Shown: positions 1 to 11,184 of the stretch, piece after piece
Layout of the letters: every line of letters starts with the position of its first letter
How positions within the stretch are numbered: the stretch's first letter is position 1
Assembly (NCBI GenBank): GCA_002269645.1
Contig: NIVC01000222.1
Coordinates: 248,001-312,000, forward strand
Length of the DNA stretch: 64,000 bases
Direction: 5' to 3'
DNA from: Macrostomum lignano
Taxonomy: Eukaryota
Position numbers and translations under genes: made by a program
The notes under the pieces: generated by a model
Seen by the model: only the letters and a program-made list of their open reading frames with translations
What the model was told of the DNA's origin: nothing
Database searches by the model: none

Positions 1-424
1 AATCTTAATGTTAAAATTTTCATGGTGTAAGTGTAACTAATTTAGTAGGATTGTATTGTAATCAGTTATTCATTAATTTTTCGATATTTTTTACAAACCC
101 CTTGATTTGCCATCCTTGTTTAACTGCTGCAGACTTGTCTATTCAGAGGACAGTGGTTTGAAATTGAATCTCTCGCTAAACTCTCTCCTCTCCACGCCTC
201 TCCACTCGCGGGGGTACAGAGAAGGCTATTAAAAAGTTATTCCAAAAGACTGTACATTCGCTATGTACATTGAGCCCTATCGTCTGACCCTTCGTCTGGG
301 GGAATGAGTTGGATGAGCGGCAAACAACAGAAAAAGCAGACAGATTTCACATGCCTACAGTTTCTGTTCTGATTGAGATACAGAGTTGAGACTTTACAAT
401 TAGACAGAGAATGAGTCAATAAAG

Positions 425-950
425 TATTGTGTCAAATTTGAAGTCAATTGCTTCACGTGGAGCAAACTTATGGCAGCCAAAAGTTAGTCAATTTTGAAAC
501 CCTTTTACACATCTGGGCCCAGATCAGGATCGGGAAAGAGAGGCAGGCGGGCGGAGGTTGGGGTGGTTGCTACGCTGAAAAAACAGCCTAACTTTAAAAG
601 TGCACAGCGTCGTTCAGGATTAACTTTAAGACTGGAAATTTTACATGATTGTGTCAAAATAGTTAAAGATTATCTGTGTCAAATTTGAAGAGAATCGGTA
701 GAAGTGGAGCGGCGCTATGGAGGCTTTAGTAAAAAAAATCGCGCATTTTGAGCAGTTTTTTGCACTTTTAGGTAGGAAGACTCAAGTTTAGGAAATTTAA
801 AGGTAGCCTAAGACATTCTCCGTAGTGAGTTTAGGGTGGATGTAAAATTTGGTGTCATTTGGTTGAGCGGTTTGGGAGTCCATAGCGATCAAAATTGTCC
901 ACACACACACACACACAGAGTTTTGATTTTTATAGGTAGAGAAGATAATT
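425..950 (+). mobile_element. Non-autonomous Helitron/Helentron-like (HINE/DINE-1 type) fragment in an intron
   Basis: Repeated GTGTCAAATTTGAAG blocks, then AAATTTGGTGTCATTTGGTTGAGCGGTTT, (CA)n at ~899-917 and a TTTTATAGGTAGAGAAGAT end. This layout resembles HINE 3' ends; classification is from recalled pattern only. Confidence 0.45.
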
Positions 951-998
951 GTTTTGCTTTAGCAGTATCCTGCAAAACTGTTATTTACTATTTCGCAG

Positions 999-1929
999 CA
1001 TCTTCGTCGAGACCTGCATCGGAAATTGACTCTGTTGTGGAAGTTTCGCCGAGCGAGCCTGAAGCGAATAATGTAAAGGCTGAAGAGGTACCGCTGCCTC
1101 AGCCAGCGGTGCCTGAACTGAAACCTGACAAGGTACCTGAAGCTAAGCCTGAAGAGGTACCTGAAACAAAGTCTGACGCGGTACCTGAAGCTAAGCCTGA
1201 AGAGGTACATGAAACGAAGTCTGACGCGGTACCTGAAGCTAAGTCTGAAGAGGTAACTGAAGCGAAGCCTGACGAGGTACCTGAAGCAAAGTCTAAAGTG
1301 TTACCTGAAGCGAAGTCTGAAGTGGTACCTGAAGCGAAGTCTGAAGTGGTACCTGAAGCGAAGCTAGAAGAGGTACTTGAAGCGAAGCTTGAAGAGGTAC
1401 CTGAAGCGAAGCCTGCAGCGTCACCTGAAGCAAAGCCTGAAGAGATACCTGAAGCTAAGCCTGAAGAGATACCTGAAGCTAAGCCTGAAGAGATACCTGA
1501 AGCTAAGCCTGAAGAGATACCTGAAGCTAAGCCTGAAGAGGTACCTGAAGCTAAGCCTGAAGAGGTACCGCCGTCTCAGCCAGTGGTGTCTGAAGCTAAC
1601 CGTTCAACCATGCCAGCCGTTGCTGCCAAGCCTTCAGCAAAGAAAACCCGTGGCGTGAGTAATCCAGAATTTTTTCCCGCTCTCTCTAATGAAATTGCAT
1701 ATCAAACAACATAATTAAACAAGCAACTACCAAATTTCAGCGCTGCTTCCGTGCTCAATTTGCCTATAAAGCGCAAGATTCCGACGAAGTCTCTTTCGAT
1801 GTTGGTGACGTCATCACTAACGGAGATCCAGTGGATTCGGGCTGGATGTACGGCATAGTAGAACGGACCAAGCAGTACGGTTTGCTGCCTTCAAACTACG
1901 TTATTGAGGAAGCTTCTCAAGCGTTTTGA
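999..1929 (+). CDS. 3' exons of a protein with a Pro/Glu/Ala/Lys (PEVK-like) repeat and a C-terminal nebulin/LASP-type SH3 domain (5' exons not found)
   Basis: Exon 999-1654 (acceptor TTCGCAG, donor GTGAGT at 1655) and exon 1741-1929 (acceptor TTTCAG), joined in phase 0. The last exon reads RCFRAQFAYKAQDSDEVSFDVGDVITNGDPVDSGWMYGIVERTKQYGLLPSNYVIEEASQAF*, with the SH3 motifs ALYDY-like, DEVSF, GWMYG and GLLPSNYV. Confidence 0.8.
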
Positions 1930-2094
1930 CATTTTTCGCCTTGATTACTCAAAAGGTTACTTTGATTAAGCTCGTATTTGCAACTTATCCGTGCTATTTT
2001 ATTTGTACTTTTATTTTTTCAATCAACAATTTTGTTCGGTAATTTTTTGATTTGTAAACTTTGGAAACTTGCTTTGATTGTGCTTCAATGATTA

Positions 2095-2636
2095 ATGGGG
2101 AAAGAGACAATAAATTGGGTTGGCTGTGGGGGCAGGAAAGTTGCAATAAAGTGGCATGAGGTTGGCTGTGGGGATAGGAAAGAGACGATAAGGGGGTTGT
2201 CTGTGGGGCAGGAAAGTGGCTATAAAGTGGGGGTGAGGTTGGATTTAGGGGCAGGAAAGTGACCATAAAGTGGGGGGATTGGCTGTGGGGAGAGGAGAGA
2301 CGATAAGGGGATGGCTGTGGGGGGGGGCAGGAAAGTGACCATAAAGTGGGGGGATTGGCTGTGGGGAGAGGAGAGACGATAAGGGGATGGCTGTGGGGGG
2401 CAGGAAAGTGACCATAAAGTGGGGGGATTGGCTGTGGGGAGAGGAGAGACGATAAGGGGATGGCTGTGGGGGGCAGGAAAGTGACCATAAAGTGGGGGGA
2501 TTGGCTGTGGGGAGAGGAGAGACAATAAGGGGGTTGTCTGTGGAAATAGGAAAGAGACGATAAGGGGATGGCTGTGGGGGCAGGAAAGTGGCGATAAAGT
2601 GGGGGGTTGGTTGCGGAGGGCAGGAAAGTGAAGGTC
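2095..2636. repeat. G-rich minisatellite, ~73-76 bp unit
   Basis: Recurrent GGGGCAGGAAAGTGACCATAAAGTGGGGGGATTGGCTGTGGGGAGAGGAGAGACGATAAGGGGATGGCT units. Confidence 0.9.
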
Positions 2637-3191
2637 AAAGTTTAATCAGCATATGAGTATAAGTACACAGTATTTCTGCATAATTTCTTTTTACACAAAT
2701 TTGATTTGATTTTTTCCCGATGTTTTCTTTATCGATATTGTGATTTTTCTATTACAACTCAGATAGTGCAAAGCATCGTTTTCTATTGATTTTTACTCGC
2801 TTATTTTTTCTTTTTATCTGGAATTGGATTTTCAATGCTAAATTGAATTGCAATAATCGTACTTGCAGTATTTTTATGAGTTTTTCTGGACAAATTTTTA
2901 CGTGATAATTTTTATGCAAGTCAAATGGTGCTACAAATTACCTTCCTAATTTGTTTTAATTCGCTTTTGTGATTGATAATTATAAATATATTGAAATCGG
3001 AATGGTTTTTAGCAAACATTGATTTGTTTTCGTTTTTTAATTTTAGTATTTCCTTCGTTATCATTTAGTTTTTAAAGGCGAATTAACAGCAATATAAAAC
3101 TCGCTTCACATTTCAGAGTAATCCAGCATCGTTAGAAATTGACCAGAAGCAGGTCAAGCCGAAAGGCCTGGAGACTGGCAAGTTAGAAACT

Positions 3192-6100
3192 ATGACATCC
3201 GAGTCTGTAGGTGTTCAACCAGACAGTGCAAAAGAAGACTCGGCTGAGAAGCCGCTTAACTATTTAAACTCTTCGCAGTTCACGTCTGAGTTGTTCAAAA
3301 TTGAAGTGAAGAATTTTCGGCCCCATACAACTGTTGCTATGCTGAAAAAGCGAATGCAGAGCTTAGGCCTGGAGCCGCACAAAGTGAAAGTAATGCCGAA
3401 TAGTTGGATGGCTTTTGTGACGTTTAAGAATGCGGATCAGCGGGATAAGGCTCTGTCTGTTCTGCCTGTGAGTTGCAATTTTGTATCATTTCTGTGCAGT
3501 TTATGCAAGATGAGTAAGTGACAACATGAGTAATAGAGGCTGTAGAAACTACTCTCATAAGCTAATGTCAGGGGCTACTAAATGAGTGTTAGAGGCTCCT
3601 AAATGAGTGTTAGAGGCTTCTAAATAAGTGTCAGGGCTCCTAAATGAGTGTTAGAGGCTTCTAAATAAGTGTCAGGGCTCCTAAATAAGTGTTAGAGGCA
3701 CCTAAATAAGTGTCAGGGCTCCTAAATAAGTGTCAGGGCTCCTAAATAAGTGTTAGAGGCACCTAAATAAGTGTCAGGGCTCCTAAATAAGTGTCAGGGC
3801 TCCTAAATAAGACTCCTAAATAAGTGTCAGGGCTCCTGAATAAGTGTCAGGGCTCCTAAATAAGTGTTAGGGCTCCTGAATAAGTGTTAGAGGCACCTAA
3901 GTAAGTGTCAGGGCTCCTGAATAAGTGTTAGGGCTCCTGAATAAGTGTTAGAGGCACCTAAGTAAGTGTTAGGGCTCCTAAATAAGTGTCAGGGCTCCTG
4001 AATAAGTGTCAGGGCTCCTAAATAAGTGTTAGGGCTCCTGAATAAGTGTTAGAGGCACCTAAGTAAGTGTCAGGGCTCCTAAATAAGTGTTAGAGGCACC
4101 TAAATAAGTGTCAGGGCTCCTAAATGAGTGTTAGAGGCTCCCAAATATGTATCAGGGGCTCCTAAATAAGCGTCAAGGCTCCTAAATAAGTGTCAGGGGC
4201 TCCTAAATAAGTGTCAGGGCCTCCTAAATAAGTGTCAGAGGCCCCTACTAGCGTAAATAAGTGTCAGATCCTCTTAAAAGTAAAGTTTCAGGAGTTCCTA
4301 ATGTAGTTTTAGGGGCTCCTAAAGTAGTGTCAGGGGCACTTGTAAGTAAAGTGTCAGGAGTTCCTACATAGGTATCAAGGGCTTAGACATGTGCCAGGCT
4401 TTAATACTCTTTTGACTTTAAACGAGTGTCAGGATCTTTGAAACTGGCTAGTATCAGGCTCCTAAACTAGTATAAGGCCTCTCAAAGTAGTAAGTAAAAA
4501 GTGTCAGTGGCTCCAGCTGCTGTACTTTGCCAATTCAAAGGGCCACATCTGGCGCGGTCAGGCTCTGACAGCGAAGCTCGCCAAACCCAAAGCTGATCCG
4601 TTTGGTAACGCCGCCGCAGCTGACTCCGGCCAGTCTAGCAGTGCTGCTAAACGACCTCGACTAGACACTGACACTGCTGCTGACTCCAAGCCAGCGCCAT
4701 TGTCGGCAGAAGCTGCTTCTGAGCTTCTTCGCGACGCTGTCACCCCTCTGTGGCGACTGGGCTACGAGGAACAATTGAAGCAGAAGAGTCAAGACATGTC
4801 TAGCGAGGTGAAACAATTGACTAGACAGGTCGCTGCAGTTGGCGGAATTTCCGCGGGGTCTGTTGAGATGATGCCGATTGTAGCATCGCCAGTTGTTGAC
4901 AAGTATCGGAACAAGTGCCAGTTTACTGTGGCCTGGAGTCCGACTCAAACTGACTCGGTTGTTGTCGGCTTTCGGGTTGGTCGGTGAGGACTTTGGCTTG
5001 TTTGTTCTTTTTTAGTGTAGCTTATCATGTACACTCTTAAATTAGATGCCAAGGACTAAATTATGATCTGGATTGACATCAGATGCCATGGAGTACTAAA
5101 TTATAATCTGCATTTATATCAGATGCCATGGAGTACTGAGTTATAATCTGATATGATGCTATTGAGTACTAAATTATAATCTGGATTTATATCAGATGCT
5201 ATGGAGTACTAAATTATAATCTGGATTTATGTCAGATACCATAGAGTACTAAGTTATATTCTGGAGTTATATCAGATACCATAGAGTACTAAATTATAAT
5301 CTGGATTTATATCAGATACCATGGGGTACTAAGTTATAATCTGTATTTACATTAGATACCATGGGGTACTAAGTTATAATCTGGATTTTTGTCAGATGCT
5401 ATGGAGTACACTCAATTACCCCAGCTAATGCTGGCACCCATTTTATCCAGGGTGAACTGAAGCAATGCAGAGTTAAGTGTCTTACTCAAAGACACAAATT
5501 GTTCCGGTGGGATCCAGGAATCGAACCCCCGACCTTTTAGTCGCGCTCTAACCAGTTAGGCTACAAACCTATGCCATGGAATATGAAATCATATACTCTG
5601 GCTTTCGATTAAATATACTATGGACTACTAAATAAAGAATCTGGCTAGGCCCTGTCTCTTTATCTCGCTTCCCTCAGCTACCGGGACGGCGAGGCGGACG
5701 TGTACCCTCCCGACACCGCAGCTGTTGTCCCAACCGTCATTGTCGCCGTTGTCCGCCGCCTCCAGGCGCTGCTAAACGAGCCCGACATGAAGCGACGTGC
5801 GCCGCCGTACGACGCTAAGCGACACGTCGGCTGCTGGAAAGCCGCCACAGTTCGTTGCAACTCCTCAAACCGGACTCTTCTGTACCTGGATATTCACCAG
5901 CCTTTCCTCACAGCCAATGACACTAGTGATAAGACTGAGATGAGTTTGCGCGATTTTATTGAGAATCGGCTTCAAAATGGGCTCCTTGGCGACCAAGACG
6001 GATGCGTGGCTTCGCTGCACGTTGTGTACACTGACCACGGCGGCGGCGAGACCAACGGCCTCTGGCGGCATCTCGGTGGCGACCCCGACATCACCGAGAC

Positions 6101-7075
6101 GCTGGGCGGCTTAAGCTTTCGGGTGTCTCCGGCTGCGTTCTTTCAGGTTGCTTTTTTGGTTGGGATATTATCCCCTGACAGCCCCTGTTCTTCCCCTTCA
6201 ATCCTTTGGTGCTGGCGCCTCTGGTGCTGGCGCCTCTGGTGCTGGCGCCTCTGGTGCTGGCGCCTCTGGTGCTGGCGCCTCTGGTGCTGGCGCCTCTGGT
6301 GCTGGCGCCTCTGGTGCTGGCGCCCCTGGTGCTGGCGCCTCTGGTGCTGGCGGTGCTGGCGCCTCTGGTGCTGGTGCCTCTGGTACCTGGTTCTAAAGCC
6401 CCTGGTGCTGGTGCATTCGTTACTGAATCACTAACGCCAGCTATGATGAATCTGATAGAATGCACCTAATCAATAACCTACCAGGTGAACACTGCAGCTG
6501 CCGAGGTGCTTCACAATCGAATCTACTCAATGCTGCAGCACGGTGAGTCAGATTCTGACAATCAAAGTTCAGCTCTGCTTGACGTCTGCTGCGGCACTGG
6601 CACCATCGGGCTGTCTCTGGCCCGCTATTTCAGCCAGGTTGTGGGCATCGAATTGATTGCCGATGCAGTTCGCGATGCTCAACTAAACGCCCAGCGCAAT
6701 GGCATTGAGAATGCCAGTTTTGTCTGCGGCCGAGCCGAAGACACCCTGCCTAGGGAGGCCAAATTGCTAGCTGAGACGGTGTCCGATCTTCGCGTAGTGC
6801 TGGACCCGCCGCGTGGCGGCTTGCAACCGTCCGTGTTGTCAACTATCCGACGGTGTCGTTCGATCCGACGTCTCCTGTACGTGTCCTGCTGTCCCCGAGC
6901 GGCTCGGTCTAACTTTGTAGATCTGTGCCGACCGGCGTCTAATAAATGGCGCGGCGATCCGTTTCGATTGGCTCTGGTTCAGCCGGTGGATCTGTTCCCG
7001 TTGACTAAGCACTGTGAATTGCTGCTGTTGTTTGTTAGAGAGCCTGCTGATGCTGCTGCTGATGCTAGCGAATGA
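3192..7075 (+). CDS. TRMT2A: tRNA (uracil-5-)-methyltransferase TRMT2A homolog, ~592 aa
   Basis: Exons 3192-3467, 4541-4983, 5678-6146 and 6485-7075 with compatible phases (0, 2, 0). Contains the RRM (SELFKIEVKNF...AFVTFKN...DKAL), GHIWRGQALTAKLAKPKADP, YRNKCQFT, AFFQ|VN, SAM motif LDVCCGTGTIG, VLDPPRGG, catalytic YVSC and VDLFP..HCE. The frame is open from an acceptor at 3116. Confidence 0.95.
3575..4330. repeat. Intronic minisatellite, 20-21 bp unit (CTCCTAAATAAGTGTCAGGG)
   Basis: Tandem copies fill TRMT2A intron 1 and decay towards ~4500. Confidence 0.9.
5040..5409. repeat. Intronic minisatellite, 40 bp unit
   Basis: ATCAGATGCCATGGAGTACTAAATTATAATCTGGATTTAT, about 9 copies in TRMT2A intron 2. 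Confidence 0.9.
5411..5570 (-). mobile_element. tRNA-derived CORE-type SINE (3'-truncated copy)
   Basis: On the - strand: B box GGTTCGATTCC and a CORE-like block TGTGTCTTTGAGTAAGACACTTAACTCTGCATTGCTTCAGTTCACCC...AAAATGGG. Homologous to four other copies in the window. Confidence 0.75.
6208..6395. repeat. Intronic minisatellite, 15 bp unit (TGGTGCTGGCGCCTC)
   Basis: About 12 copies inside TRMT2A intron 3 (6147-6484). Confidence 0.9.
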
Positions 7076-7139
7076 GTTGATCATTTTTTAGGGTTTCTTG
7101 GTTTTGACTTTTTGGTGTTTTCAGAGTTTGTGAAGCTTA

Positions 7140-7762
7140 GGCCAACGTTTGAGAAGTTAGGGGGTGTTGAAGCTTGGGGATTGTGAAGATTAGGGATTGT
7201 GAAGTTTTGGGATTGTGAAGATTGGGAGATGTTGAAGATTGGGGATGCTGAAGATTAGGAGATGTTGAAGATTGGGGATGCTGAAGATTAGGAGATGTTG
7301 AAAATTGGGGATGCTGAAGATTAGGAGATGTTGAAGATTGGGGATGCTGAAGATTAGGAGATGTTGAAGATTGGGGATGCTGAAAATTAGGAGATGTTGA
7401 AGATTGGGGATGCTGAAGATTAGGAGATGTTGAAAATTGGGGATGCTGAAGATTAGGAGATGTTGAAGATTGGAGATGCTGAAGATTAGGAGATGTTGAA
7501 GATTGGGGATGCTGAAGATTAGGAGATGTTGAAAATTGGGGATGCTGAAGATTAGGAGATGTTGAAGATTGGGGATGCTGAAGATTAGGAGATGTTGAAG
7601 ATTGGGGATGCTGAAGATTAGGAGATGTTGAAGATTGGAGATGCTGAAGATTGGGGATTTTGTAGGGGGATTGTGAAGATTGGGGGATGTTGAAGCTCGG
7701 GGATTGTGAAGTTTGGGGATTGTAAAGATTGGGGGATATTGAAGATTGGGGATGCTGAACAT
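7140..7762. repeat. Minisatellite, 33 bp unit built from 16-17 bp subunits
   Basis: GAAGATTGGGGATGCTGAAGATTAGGAGATGTT tandem copies just after the TRMT2A stop. Confidence 0.9.
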
Positions 7763-7967
7763 TTACCTTAAGTCATTGTAAATGTTGTCTGTCATCTTTA
7801 TGTTGCTATTGTGTCTTATATGCACAGGGTTCAATATAATATATTGTAAAGTTGACAGCTGTTTATTCAATGAAATCAATATGTTAAGCTTCTTTTTTCA
7901 TTTACAACGGCTTGAACTAAAAAGTTCGTTAAAAATAAATTTCATTTTTGATCACTTATCTCCACTC

Positions 7968-8290
7968 ACCCTATTCCACTCATCACATTCCACACCCTAC
8001 TCATCACATTCCACACCCCATTCATTACATTCCACACCCCATTCATCACATTCCACACCCCATTCATCACATTCCACACCCCATTCATCACATTCCACAC
8101 CTCATTCATCACATTCCACACCCCATTCATTACATTCCACACCCCATTCATCACATTCCACACCTCATTCATTACATTCCACACCCCATTCATCACATTC
8201 CACACCTCATTCATCACATTCCACACCCCATTCATTACATTCCACACCCCATTCATCACATTCCACACCTCATTCATTACATTCCACTCT
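7968..8290. repeat. Minisatellite, 21 bp unit (CACATTCCACACCCCATTCAT)
   Basis: About 15 copies upstream of ARB2A. Confidence 0.9.
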
Positions 8291-8381
8291 CTCTCAGTCC
8301 ACAGGAATTCCACTGCTCAAGCAAAACTTGCAGCAACGCAATAATTCCCTCTAATAAATTTCCCCCAACCGTCTTCAGTCG

Positions 8382-11146
8382 ATGGCGTCATTCGGTCAGC
8401 GGGACAGTGCAAGCAGCTCAGGTCACTCCCAGAGCAGCGGCTTGGGTGGCAACACATGTCCCGGCAACTGCTGGGCAACAACACTAGCTGATTTAGACTT
8501 TACATTCGATGCTAATGGCCGTCTGATTGACAATAAGACCGGCCAGGTGTTTGAATTTAATTATATTCGCGACCCGTCAAAAGCTGACAGTATGCGAAGG
8601 TGAGTAGTCAGATGTGCAAGCCCACTGTTACATCCTGTATGAGCATGTTCCCAGGAGTCAACAGAATGCCTTCTCATCCTATCCCAGGTACGAACGCCTT
8701 GGAGAGGTCATAACGTCGTACATCTACCAGCTCATGCGAGACGATCACGGCATGCAAGAGCTTCCAGTCAGCGCTCTGGGTGATCCCCAGACTTTCCCGT
8801 TCGCTCCATCCCCAGCAGCGGCCGCATCGGCAGCCCAGCGCCCTGGCACCGGGTGCTGCCTTTACCTGTCGCCGCCGTGTCAAGACGATGCCGATTATCT
8901 TCTAGTAATCATTCAAGGCGGCGGTGTGATCCGGGCTGGTCAGTGGTCGCGTAGGTTGATTATTAACGATTCGTTATCGAGCGGCTCTATGCTGCCCTAT
9001 ATTAGTCTGGGTCATCGGCTGAATATGCGCCTGCTGATACTCAATCCCAATGCCAATCGGGTAAGTTGCTATTGATCTGTAATAATGTGCAACCGTAAAA
9101 TTTAAAACAGTAGCAAATAGAGTAAGAATATGCTTAAAAGATTGTGAGTTAAAATCGGAAGTGAGTAATGATTAGTAGCTCTGATTGCTAAAACAACCGG
9201 AAGTGAGTTAGGTTAGTAGCTCTAATCACTAAAACAACCGGAAGTGAATAAAGTTTAGTAGCTCTAATCACTAAAACAACCGGAAGTGAATAAAGGTTAG
9301 TAGCTCTAATTACTAAAATAACCGGAAGTTTAATCAAAGCTCTAATTGTTTTGAACCCTGACTGAAAGCCTGAAGTGACTAAGGAGCAGGCATAGGTATC
9401 GGCCTACTTGCCCTCTCTCTCTCTCTCTCTCTTGCAGTACCGCGGCCAGCCGATCGAAGGCCACGAGACGGCGGAGCGGCACGTTGAGACAGTTTGGCGC
9501 ACCGTAGTCCGTCGCGCTCCCCAGCGTCACGTGTTTGTCATCTGTCACGGCCACGGCGGAGTGGCGTTCACCCACCAGTTGCAGCCATGGGAGCCGGGTG
9601 ATCCTAGCCAAGGCGACGATCGTCAGCTGTGGGAGACGCGTCGGCGAGAGTTCATCGCCGATCTGCGCGATCGAGTGCCTGGCGTTGCGTTTTGCGACTC
9701 GTATTTCTGCTTGCCAATGCAGGGCATCGACGATCCTGAGGTTATTGATTATTTTCAGAAGCGCTCGCGCAACTGGGTCAGCTCTGACCAGCCGCTTGAC
9801 CAGCCTATCGATACAGGATCGGTGAGTGTGGGGTAGCCACTCAACCGGAAATAGGGTGGGGATTTGTTTCTTAACCGGAAGTGAGAGTGAGAGTAGCCAC
9901 TCAACCGGAAATAAGGCTAGGGATTTGTTTCTTAACCGGAAGTGAGAGTGAGAGTAGCCACTCAACCGGAAATAAGGGTGGGGATTTGTTTCTTATAACC
10001 GGAAGTGAGAGTGAGAGTAGCCACTCAACCGGAAATAAGGGTGGGGATTTGTTTCTTAACCGGAAGTGAGAGTGAGAGTAGCCACTCAACCGGAAAAAGG
10101 GTGGGGATTTTTCTTAACCGGAAGTGAGAGTGAGAGTAGCCACTCAACCGGAAATAAGGCTAGGGATTAGTTTCTTAACCGGAAGTGAGAGTGAGAGTAG
10201 CCACTCAACCGGAAATAAGGCTAGGGATTTGTTTCTTAACCGGAAGTGAGAGTGAGAGTAGCCACTCAACCGGAAATAAGGGTGGGGATTTGTTTCTTAT
10301 AACCGGAAGTGAGAGTGAGAGTAGCCACTCAACCGGAAATAAGGGTGGGGATTTGTTTCTTAACCGGAAGTGAGAGTGAGAGTAGCCACTCAACCGGAAA
10401 AAGGGTGGGGATTTTTCTTAACCGGAAGTGAGAGTGAGAGTAGCCACTCAACCGGAAATAAGGCTAGGGATTAGTTTCTTAACCGGAAGTGAGAGTGAGA
10501 GTAGCCACTCAACCGGAAATAAGGCTAGGGATTAGTTTCTTAACCGGAAGTAAGAGTGAGAGTAGCCACTCAACCGGAAATAAGGCTAGGGATTAGTTTC
10601 TTAACCGGAAGTGAGAGTGAGAGTAGCCACTCAACCGGAAATAAGGCTAGGGATTTTTTTCTTAACCGGAAGTAAGAGTGAGAGTAGCCACTCAACCGGA
10701 AATAAGGGTGGGGATTAGTTTCTTATAACCAGAAGTGAGAGTGGGAGTAGCCACTCACCCAGAATTAAGGCTAGGGATTAGTTTCCTAACCGGAAGTGAG
10801 AGTGGGAGTAGCCACTCACCCAGAATTACTCGTAAGGCTGAGGATTAGATTCTAAACCGGATGTGCACATAAGGGTAGGATAACCGGAATTAAGAGAACC
10901 TTCTCCTCCGCGCCCCAGCTGACCAACTGGGGTCAGGCAGTCCAGGACACGCCGAAAGTGTCCGCCGGCACTCCCGCTCACGAGCGGATACCCGCCAACG
11001 CCATGGTCTCCGTGTTCCGCTGGCTGTTCTCCATGTGCGACCGGAAGCAGCGCTTGAGACCGGAAACAATGTCCAGCATGGAGCAGGCTCTGCTAGCGGC
11101 TGAGAAACAGATGCAGTCTGCCGCCTCTGCTGACTCGGACACCTGA
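8382..11146 (+). CDS. ARB2A: ARB2A/FAM172A (Arb2-domain, alpha/beta-hydrolase-like) protein, ~400 aa
   Basis: Exons 8382-8599, 8688-9060, 9438-9821 and 10919-11146 with compatible phases (2, 0, 0). Family motifs: TLADLDFTFDANGRL...FEFNY, RYERLGEVIT.YIY.L, LLVIIQGGGVIRAGQWSRRLIINDSL..GSMLPYI, LNPN, NWVSSDQPLD and VSAGT..HE. Confidence 0.93.
9150..9335. repeat. Intronic repeat, 41-42 bp unit containing AACCGGAAGT
   Basis: 4-5 copies in ARB2A intron 2. Confidence 0.85.
9822..10830. repeat. Intronic minisatellite, ~60 bp unit, with a 304 bp higher-order duplication
   Basis: AACCGGAAGTGAGAGTGAGAGTAGCCACTCAACCGGAAATAAGG...; the identical ORFs at 9881 and 10185 mark the 304 bp offset. Confidence 0.92.
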
Positions 11147-11184
11147 CCGGGAGCTTTTGTGCACACCACCTGAACTGTCTGTCC

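Noticed and set aside
836-998. N-terminal part of ORF 836-1714 as coding sequence
   Set aside because: It starts at GTG inside a Helentron-like fragment with (CA)n; the exon begins at the acceptor at 998/999.
6091-6469. Gly/Ala-rich and antisense ORFs in TRMT2A intron 3
   Set aside because: Produced by the 15 bp repeat; the conserved FFQ|VN motif requires this region to be spliced out.
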